Origin: Candidatus Latescibacterota bacterium
Lineage (GTDB): Bacteria; Latescibacterota; UBA2968; GCA-2709665
NCBI GenBank assembly: GCA_965219455.1
Contig: OZ244744.1
Span: forward strand, 3,520,001-3,584,000
Direction: 5' to 3'
DNA: 64,000 bases
Of the stretch, positions 1-8,354 are shown one piece after another. The position numbers were made by a program, and so were the translations under genes. The notes beneath the pieces are model-generated. The model searched no databases. It was not told the origin of the DNA and saw only the letters and a program-made list of their open reading frames with translations. Each line of letters starts with the position of its first letter. Positions within the stretch are counted from its first letter, which is position 1.

Positions 1-83
1 CTATAGTCGTCTGGTCCATCCCACTCTCCGGTTATGTCAACAAGCAAGCCGGGAAATAGCCCGTATTGCCGGCGAGCGCCGGC

Positions 84-1190
84 CTACAACGCGATTGCCT
101 CCAATCCGTCCGCGAGCCGCTGCTCGTTCACGTCGTCAATCCGCCAGGGCACCACGGAACCGTCCGCCCGATACCTATTATAGTAGCCGCCCTCGTAACG
201 GGCGATCGGCATCAATGTCTTCCCCGAACGGACGTCAGTCAGCGTCTGCCGGTCCATCGTCCCGCCGCCGGCCAGGTCCACCACCTCGATCTCATCCAGC
301 CTGTTGCTGCCCAGGCCGCGCAGGGCCGCAAATCTCAAATAGGGCGTCGTTTCCGGATCCAGCCCCATCAGATACGTCGCAACCGCGTCCACGTGTACCT
401 CGTTCTCCCCTATAAGCGTCCAACCCAGCGGATGGTTCTCACCTTCGTTAAACGCGGTGCCATCCCTTCCGACCAACCCGTCGACCATACAAAGCCGGGG
501 GATTTTCAGTGAACGCAGGGCGGCAACCAGGTCGCACAATTTGTGGTAAAACCGGTCTTCGAAGAGGCTCAACCCGCTCTCGGTCAGCCGCCAGATTCCG
601 CTTTCGTACGGCCGGTCGACATCCTGTATATGACACAGGTGTCGCTCCGGCCGCGCCAGGATTCCCATCAGGTTCTTGATGGCCAGGGTCGTACATCCCA
701 GGTTGTGGCATTTCGCCAGCGGCACATTGAAAAAAAACGCGCAGTCCGTCACGTCCCGATAGATCGGATAGGATTCGAATACCACCCCGCCGGGCACCGG
801 GACCCGCCTGCTGGGCCGGTCGTTCAATGCGGTCAGCGTCAGCTTTCCGCCGACCGCCATCTTCGTGTACCCCGCGCCCTTCCACGTATTCCCACTGTCC
901 GGCTGTTCGCCGGATTGTCCGTCCGCGACCACCAGTCTGCTCGCGTCGGCTCCTTTCTCCACGAGCGCGTCGGCCATACCCGCCAGAAAGCCCGGGTGGG
1001 TTACAATTCGTTTCTGTGCGGGAAACAGAACCGTCGCATTCGGCTTGAGCAGTACCGTGCCTGCCTCGGGAAGCGCCAGGTCCACGTTCCTCAATGCCTC
1101 ATGGGCAAGGTCCCGGTATGCCTCGAAAGGCGCTTCGTTTTCGGTTATTTCGGCTCGAAACAAGTAGACTTTATCGCCGTCTATCCGCAT
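84..1190 (-). CDS. DUF362 domain-containing protein
   Basis: 368 aa; VLLKPN, THP, P.AKCH...TTLAIKNLMG and VDGLVGRDG motifs typical of DUF362; GGAGG-type RBS upstream. Confidence 0.8.
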   Translation of the reverse strand: MRIDGDKVYLFRAEITENEAPFEAYRDLAHEALRNVDLALPEAGTVLLKPNATVLFPAQKRIVTHPGFLAGMADALVEKGADASRLVVADGQSGEQPDSGNTWKGAGYTKMAVGGKLTLTALNDRPSRRVPVPGGVVFESYPIYRDVTDCAFFFNVPLAKCHNLGCTTLAIKNLMGILARPERHLCHIQDVDRPYESGIWRLTESGLSLFEDRFYHKLCDLVAALRSLKIPRLCMVDGLVGRDGTAFNEGENHPLGWTLIGENEVHVDAVATYLMGLDPETTPYLRFAALRGLGSNRLDEIEVVDLAGGGTMDRQTLTDVRSGKTLMPIARYEGGYYNRYRADGSVVPWRIDDVNEQRLADGLEAIAL

Positions 1191-1516
1191 CCTGGCCTCC
1201 TCGCGCAGGGCTCGATTGCCCTGCTTCCGTTGCGCCGGAATTCGACCGCAAACGTCACGGCGTCAATCCATTCGCTTGATTCAACTCCCCTCGACCTCAC
1301 CTATAGCATATCGGCTGACACCCATACAGCAGGTGCGTATCGGGGCACTTTGAACGCTCTTGATTTTAAAAACACATCAGCATATATTCACACGATTACA
1401 CACGTCATATACTGCCCGGTTGTCTCAGGTGATGGAAAACCGACTCAACACTGAGCTGTGGCCGCCATACCGAATTTTTACTAATCTTTTGATTGTACGC
1501 CAGATGCCTTTTAAAA

Positions 1517-1753
1517 ATGCCAACTATCAGAGACATTGCCGGTCCCTATCGATTTTTCTTCTTTAGCTTCGACTGCAATGAACCGAAACATATACACGTT
1601 CAGCGTGAAAAACGGATCTGCAAATTCTGGCTCGAACCCATTTGTCTGTGCAAAAATTCGGGTTTTTCTTCTCATGAACTCAATCGAATTCGCCGAGTAA
1701 TTCAAGCCAATCTAATTCTTATTTTGGAGAACTGGGATGAACATTGCGGGTAG
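1517..1753 (+). CDS. DUF4160 family protein (putative type II toxin)
   Basis: MPTI..GPYRFFFFSFDCNEPKHIHV..KFWLEP..WDEH pattern; overlaps a downstream DUF2442 gene. Confidence 0.85.
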   Translation: MPTIRDIAGPYRFFFFSFDCNEPKHIHVQREKRICKFWLEPICLCKNSGFSSHELNRIRRVIQANLILILENWDEHCG

Positions 1754-2003
1754 TCCGGAACCGAGAATTCAGATTCTCCGGGTTACTGATGACTTCATTA
1801 CAGCCGACTTTGTTGATGGTCGTACAATCAGTGTTCCTCTTGTCTGGTCGTGGCGGCTGTCGGAGGCCACGCCGGAGGAACGCGCCAACCACGAAATTAT
1901 TGGCGATGGAATCGGGGTTCGCTGGCCTGACGTTGATGAAGATATAAGCGCTCAGGGGCTGTTGGCAGGTGTTCCGGCTCGACCTCCCAAACACACCGTT
2001 TGA
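1737..2003 (+). CDS. DUF2442 family protein (putative antitoxin)
   Basis: DGRTISVPLVWSWRLSEATPEER...GVRWPDVDEDISAQGLL signature; overlaps the DUF4160 gene. Confidence 0.85.
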   Translation: MNIAGSPEPRIQILRVTDDFITADFVDGRTISVPLVWSWRLSEATPEERANHEIIGDGIGVRWPDVDEDISAQGLLAGVPARPPKHTV

Positions 2004-2108
2004 ATCAGTCATTCCGTATCTTTTGATGCCACGCCGTCGCGGATCAAATGCGGGTACGATTGACGCGCCGTTGCCGTCATCCGGCCGTTTTCAGCCAATG
2101 TCCATTCT

Positions 2109-2876
2109 TCATCGTATCGCACGCAGTACAATTTCCCTGCTGCGTCTGAGTGCATCCGGAGGATCCGGCAGACCGGGGTGTAACTCCAGACTCAGACCGC
2201 CGCGGTAGCCGATATCCCTCAAGGCGGCAAGGCTATCGGTCAGCACCGCTTCGGTGAGCATTCCGTCCGTCAGACCCAGGTGCAAATCACGCGATCCGTC
2301 ATTGTCGTCCAGATGGACGTAACCCAGCAGGGCTCCCGCGTCCGAAATCACCGAGGCCGGGTCTTCGCCGGACATCTGCGCGTGGCCGATATCCAGCAGC
2401 AGGAACAGGTTAGGATGTCCCACGTCCCGCAAGAAGGCAATCGTTCCGGAGGCTGTGGGCAGCGCGGAACCCGGGAAGTGTTCCACGCACAACCGCATAC
2501 CCAATTCGTCGGCGCGTTCGGCCACCCTCTTCAATTCCCCCGCGTATCTATCCAGAGACGCCGGGTCTTCCTCCGGAACGACGTAGGCCGCGGACGCTCC
2601 CAGACCGGCTCCATAGGCCAGCGTCCGATCGTAATAGGATGCGGCCCTCGATCCGGAGTCCCGGTCGGAACTGCTCAGGCTTGCGCCTTCCGGCAATCCG
2701 AACGATGCCGCAATACAGGAAACCGAGAGTCCGTGTTCCCGGATTTTCAGCCGCGCCTTGTCCGAAGAAAAAGCGAACGGCCTTACGTCGATCCACTCAA
2801 ATCCCAGCGCGGCCGCCCGCGCCGGAATCCCGTTTTCGGAACCCCCGATGGCCCATACGCAACACGCAAGATTCAT
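2109..2876 (-). CDS. sugar phosphate isomerase/epimerase (xylose-isomerase-like TIM barrel)
   Basis: metal-ligand motifs VEHFP, LDIGHA, VHLDDNDG, LELH; 4-nt overlap with the upstream epimerase. Confidence 0.8.
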   Translation of the reverse strand: MNLACCVWAIGGSENGIPARAAALGFEWIDVRPFAFSSDKARLKIREHGLSVSCIAASFGLPEGASLSSSDRDSGSRAASYYDRTLAYGAGLGASAAYVVPEEDPASLDRYAGELKRVAERADELGMRLCVEHFPGSALPTASGTIAFLRDVGHPNLFLLLDIGHAQMSGEDPASVISDAGALLGYVHLDDNDGSRDLHLGLTDGMLTEAVLTDSLAALRDIGYRGGLSLELHPGLPDPPDALRRSREIVLRAIR

Positions 2877-3886
2877 CCTGGCGTCTCCCGCATCCGAATC
2901 GCGTCTTCCACCATATCATACACCGTGTACCTGGCTTCGTAGCCCAGCATACGTTTCGCCTTGTCACTGGTGATATACCAGGGCCGTCGGGCGGTTGGAA
3001 TACAGGCCTTTGCATGCGGCAATTTCAAACGCGCAGCCAGGAACGAAACGAACGCCTCCGCGCAGTGTGGTTCGCGTCCCCCCAGATTGAATACCTGTCC
3101 CACCGCCGCCGTCGTCCCCAGCACGCGGATACATCCCGCTGCGATATCGCGCGCATCCGCCCACTGCCGAACCTCGGCGCTCCCGTTGCAATCAGCATAG
3201 ACGACGAGTTGCTCGACACCGGAATACAACGCTTCCAGGATCGTGAGCGTCTTCGACGGCGCGCCATTCGCCGCAGTCGTTACCCTGAAGTGCTCAATCG
3301 ACGCGCTCAGAAACAACCAGCGCGCGAATACGCTATTCGGATCGATGAGTTCCGCGGCGTCCGCCGTTGCGCCAAATCGTAATATCGTTACCGGTAAGCC
3401 AAAACCGCGACGGAAACTCAGACAGAGTTCCTCCGCGCCAATCTTGCTTGCGCCATACACCGAACCCGCCAGCCGGGGATGGTCTTCATCCACCGGCAGA
3501 TAGCGGGGGTCCGAATCCGGCCTTTCGAAATAGACGGCATCGCTGCTGGCGTAAACAAAGTGTGCCAGCGCGGGCGCCCGGTCGCGCACGGCCTTCAGCA
3601 GATGAAATGTACCCTGGAGATTCACCCGCACGAATTCCTCCTCCCGGCAGCCTCGAGACGTCAATGCACCGGCCAGGTGAAAAACTGCATCCACACCCTC
3701 CACCGCGGGTTCAAGCGAGGCAGGTTCTTCGAGCCGTCCGAAAACGACCTCCACGTCCGATGCCAGATCCGCCGCCCGATGGTCCCGAGGCATTGCCAGC
3801 GCCCGGACGGTATGCCCTGCCCCGGCCAGCGCACGTACCAGGTGTTGTCCGATTCGGCCCGTCGCCCCGGTTACAAGTGCACGCAC
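2873..3886 (-). CDS. NAD-dependent epimerase/dehydratase (extended SDR)
   Basis: VTGATGRIG Rossmann motif, ASSDAVY, YGASK. Confidence 0.85.
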   Translation of the reverse strand: MRALVTGATGRIGQHLVRALAGAGHTVRALAMPRDHRAADLASDVEVVFGRLEEPASLEPAVEGVDAVFHLAGALTSRGCREEEFVRVNLQGTFHLLKAVRDRAPALAHFVYASSDAVYFERPDSDPRYLPVDEDHPRLAGSVYGASKIGAEELCLSFRRGFGLPVTILRFGATADAAELIDPNSVFARWLFLSASIEHFRVTTAANGAPSKTLTILEALYSGVEQLVVYADCNGSAEVRQWADARDIAAGCIRVLGTTAAVGQVFNLGGREPHCAEAFVSFLAARLKLPHAKACIPTARRPWYITSDKAKRMLGYEARYTVYDMVEDAIRMRETPG

Positions 3887-3898
3887 GATGCATCCTCC

Positions 3899-4903
3899 TT
3901 AAGACCGGGAACCGAGACCGCCGATCAACGTGTCCACATGCATGACAAATTCCAGCGTCAGTTCGATGCGCGATCCCAATGTCTCGTATCCGGTCCAGTG
4001 CCAGCACCCCTCCGGCTGCCGGGTCTGAATGTACCAGTGGCCCATGCGGCCTGCCCAGTCCAGATAAGCGCGTTCGCCGGTTAGTTGATACAGAAGCGAA
4101 GCTCCCCAACTGCTTTTGCAGACCTGCGCGTACTTGAACTGTGCATCCGTCGCTGCCATTGAAAAGGCCTGGTAACGTCGCGCCAGCGCCAGGTATTCGG
4201 GGCGAGGCTCCGCCAGGTAAAGTCGACACAGAAACCCGGCCGCGATGCCGCCGACGGTCCAGCGTTGCGGACGGTCCGCAGGGTTGTGCACCACGTGCAA
4301 GAAGGCCTTATCATCCGTAAAGTCGGTGATCACGCCGCCGTCTTTACACGACCAGGCATAGTAGAACCGATCGGGTAATTCCGTCTGCGCTGAATACATT
4401 CGCTGCAAAAAACGATAAACCGAACCCGCGATATCCAGTTGACCGGTTGCAAGGCACGCCAACCCGGGACCGCACGCGTACGGAATATCCATGCGGTCGC
4501 TCATGCCGCCGTCTGCCATGCGGTCGTTGCGAAAACCGCCCGATGCACGATCCTGCCATGACAGCAGATCCGGCATCAACCCATAGCTCAGATCATACTG
4601 CCGCGCGAGATGCGCGCCGATAATCAGTGTGGCGTTCCGGTAGGCGTAGGCATCGTCGAACACGCGATACGGCCCCTCGATCCTACCCTCCGCGGTCAAC
4701 ATCTCCCGCCGGATCCAATTGCAGACCGCGGCCGCCGCCCCGGATTCGCCGACAATCGAAAACGTCCACGGCGCCCGGTAAATATGAAAACCTTCGGTCG
4801 GATCTCCCAGGGAGCCATCCGCATTCAGATGCCTCATCAACCATGCCACGCCCTTCCGACGGACCTCGTCGAGCGCACCCATTAACTTCCGTCGTCCGGT
4901 CAT
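3899..4903 (-). CDS. hypothetical protein, probable (alpha/alpha) toroid with prenyltransferase/squalene-cyclase-like repeats
   Basis: QW-like motifs WLMRHLNADGS, LLSWQDRASGGF, WYIQTRQPEGCW; start placed at ATG 4903 (alternative 4882). Confidence 0.55.
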   Translation of the reverse strand: MTGRRKLMGALDEVRRKGVAWLMRHLNADGSLGDPTEGFHIYRAPWTFSIVGESGAAAAVCNWIRREMLTAEGRIEGPYRVFDDAYAYRNATLIIGAHLARQYDLSYGLMPDLLSWQDRASGGFRNDRMADGGMSDRMDIPYACGPGLACLATGQLDIAGSVYRFLQRMYSAQTELPDRFYYAWSCKDGGVITDFTDDKAFLHVVHNPADRPQRWTVGGIAAGFLCRLYLAEPRPEYLALARRYQAFSMAATDAQFKYAQVCKSSWGASLLYQLTGERAYLDWAGRMGHWYIQTRQPEGCWHWTGYETLGSRIELTLEFVMHVDTLIGGLGSRS

Positions 4904-5072
4904 CGAAAAACCCAACCCAGCCCTGCGGACAGGGCGGCCGATCCGCGATCGCGCGTGTCGGCAAGAACGTGTTTCAAATCCAGCCGTCCTTTCATGCCGC
5001 GAGTGAACCGCCTGGACACTGTCAGCCCGTGCATAAAACGCTGCGTGGCGTTTCGACCGTCGCCCGCGACGT

Positions 5073-8000
5073 TCACATGCCATCGCAGCCCGGGAAAATT
5101 ACCACGTTCGGAAGCTCGACCCAATCGCCGGCTCCGACCATTGCCACCGAATACCGGGGTCCGGCATCGCCCCGGGCCACAGGGAAGTCTTCCCATGCCA
5201 TCGGCCCTCTACCCCCGCGGTCGATCCGCCACCCGCCGTCCACCTTTCCGGCCAGCCGTCCCTGCGGCTCGCCCCGGCTGTTCAACAGCGTCATTCCCAC
5301 CAGGGCGTGTGGATTGGACGCGCTTGTGGAAATCCGGTCCGGATGTACGTCCAGCACCGGTCCGCCTGCCACCCGCACGTCTTCGTCCCCAATTGAAAAA
5401 CGTCGCCGGTCGATGACCTTCGCCAGCGTCAGACTGCCGGAGAAACCATCCGACGTCACCGGAATCGCCTGCCCGGGCGGCAGTTCATCTCCAATTGCGG
5501 CGTCGGCAAGCTCAATTGTCCCCTCGGTGTAGTCCACGGCCGAAATCCGGGTCCGTTGCATTCCCGTTCCCGTCATCTGAAAATCGTCCACCGCGAGCAC
5601 CCTGCCGTTGAATAACATCCCTCGCTCCGGACGCCCGTGTTTATCAAGCGACAGAAAGGCCATCTGCCCCGCCACCCTGATGCCGCTCTCCATCGTATGC
5701 TCCCGGTCCCCATCCAGGGCGTGAAACAGATAGTGGATGCTCCCGTCTTCCATTTCCACCCGGACCGCGGCCGCCCCAAACCCGTCCGGTGTCAATTCGA
5801 CCGGTGTCGAACGCCGGATCCATGCCCTGTCTTTATAGGGTTCGAACACCGTGGCAAACCTGCTGGAAAGATCCGGGCCGGTTCGCCGGCGCACCAGGAA
5901 TTTCACGCTCTCGGGCAGGTGTTTGTATTTCTGCACCGGCCCGTCGCATGCGAACAGTTCCTCTTCTTTTCCAATCAGATGCGCTCGAAGCCCGAGGCCG
6001 CGCCACGGGCGTTCCGGCTGGCCGTCAATGGGCTCCGTAAGGCGCCACTCGGCAATCGCCTCCGCATTCAAATGTCCGTTCTGCACGTTGTACAGAAACT
6101 GGTACCCGCTACCCCGGTACCCCGTATACGGCACGCTGGACAATCGCTTATCCTTCAACTCAGGATCGTCGTAGAACTGCTCGTAGGGCACGTCCTCGCC
6201 CGCCAGCGTCCCCGACTCCCGTACCGGCCCCAGGGCGGGCCGACAGTCGAACTCCGCCTGAGTGCCGTGAAGCACGTAGTCGTGCCGGCGGCCCCCGTTC
6301 ACGTAAAATACGTCAAACAGGTAGTGATGTCCGGGCGCCGCCTCAACCAGCATATTCGCCCGCCGGTAGAGATCAACCCTCCCCGCGTAGGCGCCCTCGC
6401 AGGACGCATCGACGGCCTGCGCGAAACCCTCCTTCACCAGTCCGTGCAGCCGTCCCGGCCCTCGCCCTTGTCTCAATTCGTCAACCACCACCGTATTGTG
6501 CGCCACGGTATTGGTGAAAAAACCCGCGAGCCGGTGGTTGAAGGCGTCCGTCTGTTCCGGGTACCCGATATCGGTCAACAGCGCGTTGTCGTGGGAGAAA
6601 AACAGGATGTTCAATTGGTCATAGTGCCGGTGGGCCTGGTGGTCGCCGTAAAAGAACGAAACGGCCGACCGGTTCGTTTCATCTCCGCATTGCAGATTGG
6701 CCATCCCGTATGCCGGAAAATGGAACGACCGCGTGCCGATGTCAGGGTCTTCGCCTTTCGGCAGTTCCGTAAGCTGCGCCTCAACCGGTTTGCTGAACAG
6801 GTCCTGTCGAACGCCCGGCTGCGTCTTCAGAACCCACGCCAGGCGGGCGTCCTTCACGTACGGTAGCGCGAGTTGGCATACGGCAGGCTGCCAGGCGCCC
6901 CCGTGTGCGAACATGTCCCCCGAATCCCCGGTGGAAGGGGTAAACTTCCCGGCAATGCAAACGTCAAACGCCCAGGTTACCAGCTTCTCGTACCGCGGGT
7001 GTTCGAACAGGTTGATGCCCGTATCCACCATCAAGGCCGCCAGTTCCGTCAAATCGTGCACCCAGATCCCGTTGTATCCGAGCGACTCGTGCGGCATGCC
7101 GTCGCGGTACACCAGGTTCTCAAGGGCGTCCCGCAAACCCATATCGGTGTCCCGTACGGGACTCGGGTTCGCCAGAACGTACTGAACCATCTCGCCGCTG
7201 CGCGGACGACCGTCGGTGGTCGCCAGTACCCGCGCAAGTGTCAGCAGCGCCTTCTGATGCATTCCGTAGTTGCCCCTGATCCGCCCGCCCGGCGCGTCCA
7301 TAATGCACCTGGCCGCCTCGAGAAGCAACCGCTCCCGGATCGTGGAGTCAATCTCCGGGCCCGTCTTGCCCGCAAGACACTGGAGTTCCACGTCGTCGTT
7401 CAGATAGGGGCGCACTGCGTCGTACGCGATCGCGCACGTATGCGGGGGTCGCGTTGCCCAGATCATATTGAACAACTTCCCCGTATAGTTGGGGTTGTGT
7501 TCCTTCGTTTCCCTGGACTGCCGTTCGTATTCGTAGTCGGGGTAATACTCCGCCAGCTGCCACAGCAGAAGCGCACATTTATGCGCGTACCGTCGCGCCC
7601 CAACATCATCATCCGCAAGCACTGTCGACTGTCCCAGGACTTCGATCGCCTCCATCAGGAATCGCATCATGCTCCAGTGCGCGTAATATGCCACAAACCA
7701 GTAGTTGGCCGGCACCTGGTCTCCGGGACGATGCCACCCCCATCCATCGTCGGCGTAAGGACCGGTCAGCAGGGACCTGTCTTCCATGCCCGTGGCCAGA
7801 AATGCCTCGAAATCGCTGGATGGATACGTCTCTCCGCCCACGGGACACGTCACTTTATAGGGCCTCTCAAAGTCAATGATCCACCTGTATAGTCCCAGTT
7901 CATGGACTTTGACGCCGTGTACCGGACACCCATCGTTGTGCACCTGATATCCCCGCGGTACCTGAGGCGGTGAAACCAGCGTGCGCAGCTTCGCGTCTTC

Positions 8001-8222
8001 GTAGCCGGCCCAATGCTCCGCCCGTCTCATTATTTCCGATCTCTGCTCCCGAGCCCAGTCGTAGTGCGCCAGATTGTACCGAACCACGTCCATCCGTGCA
8101 TCGGTATAGTAGGCGCGCGCACCGGACGCATAGCCCGGTTGAGCCAATCCGAACAGCAAAACAAGGAAGATGATGGCTGTAAGCACCAGCGCCGGAGAAG
8201 CGGTAAACAAGAGATCAATCAT
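5073..8222 (-). CDS. large secreted heparinase II/III-like polysaccharide lyase
   Basis: hydrophobic N-terminal signal; HRHYDQLN..TDIGYP and TVAHNTVVVD motifs; ESLGYN and GNYGMHQ in the helical domain. Confidence 0.75.
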   Translation of the reverse strand: MIDLLFTASPALVLTAIIFLVLLFGLAQPGYASGARAYYTDARMDVVRYNLAHYDWAREQRSEIMRRAEHWAGYEDAKLRTLVSPPQVPRGYQVHNDGCPVHGVKVHELGLYRWIIDFERPYKVTCPVGGETYPSSDFEAFLATGMEDRSLLTGPYADDGWGWHRPGDQVPANYWFVAYYAHWSMMRFLMEAIEVLGQSTVLADDDVGARRYAHKCALLLWQLAEYYPDYEYERQSRETKEHNPNYTGKLFNMIWATRPPHTCAIAYDAVRPYLNDDVELQCLAGKTGPEIDSTIRERLLLEAARCIMDAPGGRIRGNYGMHQKALLTLARVLATTDGRPRSGEMVQYVLANPSPVRDTDMGLRDALENLVYRDGMPHESLGYNGIWVHDLTELAALMVDTGINLFEHPRYEKLVTWAFDVCIAGKFTPSTGDSGDMFAHGGAWQPAVCQLALPYVKDARLAWVLKTQPGVRQDLFSKPVEAQLTELPKGEDPDIGTRSFHFPAYGMANLQCGDETNRSAVSFFYGDHQAHRHYDQLNILFFSHDNALLTDIGYPEQTDAFNHRLAGFFTNTVAHNTVVVDELRQGRGPGRLHGLVKEGFAQAVDASCEGAYAGRVDLYRRANMLVEAAPGHHYLFDVFYVNGGRRHDYVLHGTQAEFDCRPALGPVRESGTLAGEDVPYEQFYDDPELKDKRLSSVPYTGYRGSGYQFLYNVQNGHLNAEAIAEWRLTEPIDGQPERPWRGLGLRAHLIGKEEELFACDGPVQKYKHLPESVKFLVRRRTGPDLSSRFATVFEPYKDRAWIRRSTPVELTPDGFGAAAVRVEMEDGSIHYLFHALDGDREHTMESGIRVAGQMAFLSLDKHGRPERGMLFNGRVLAVDDFQMTGTGMQRTRISAVDYTEGTIELADAAIGDELPPGQAIPVTSDGFSGSLTLAKVIDRRRFSIGDEDVRVAGGPVLDVHPDRISTSASNPHALVGMTLLNSRGEPQGRLAGKVDGGWRIDRGGRGPMAWEDFPVARGDAGPRYSVAMVGAGDWVELPNVVIFPGCDGM

Positions 8223-8354
8223 TGGAATGCAGTCTCTACGTTCTGTTTGTGTCGGACGGGTGTCGGGCACGAACAGGCGGCGGGAGGTTCCGCCGTGGTG
8301 GGTGACGCGAAAACCGGCATGTTGACCCGGTACTGGAATGTGTCGCAGGATGTT

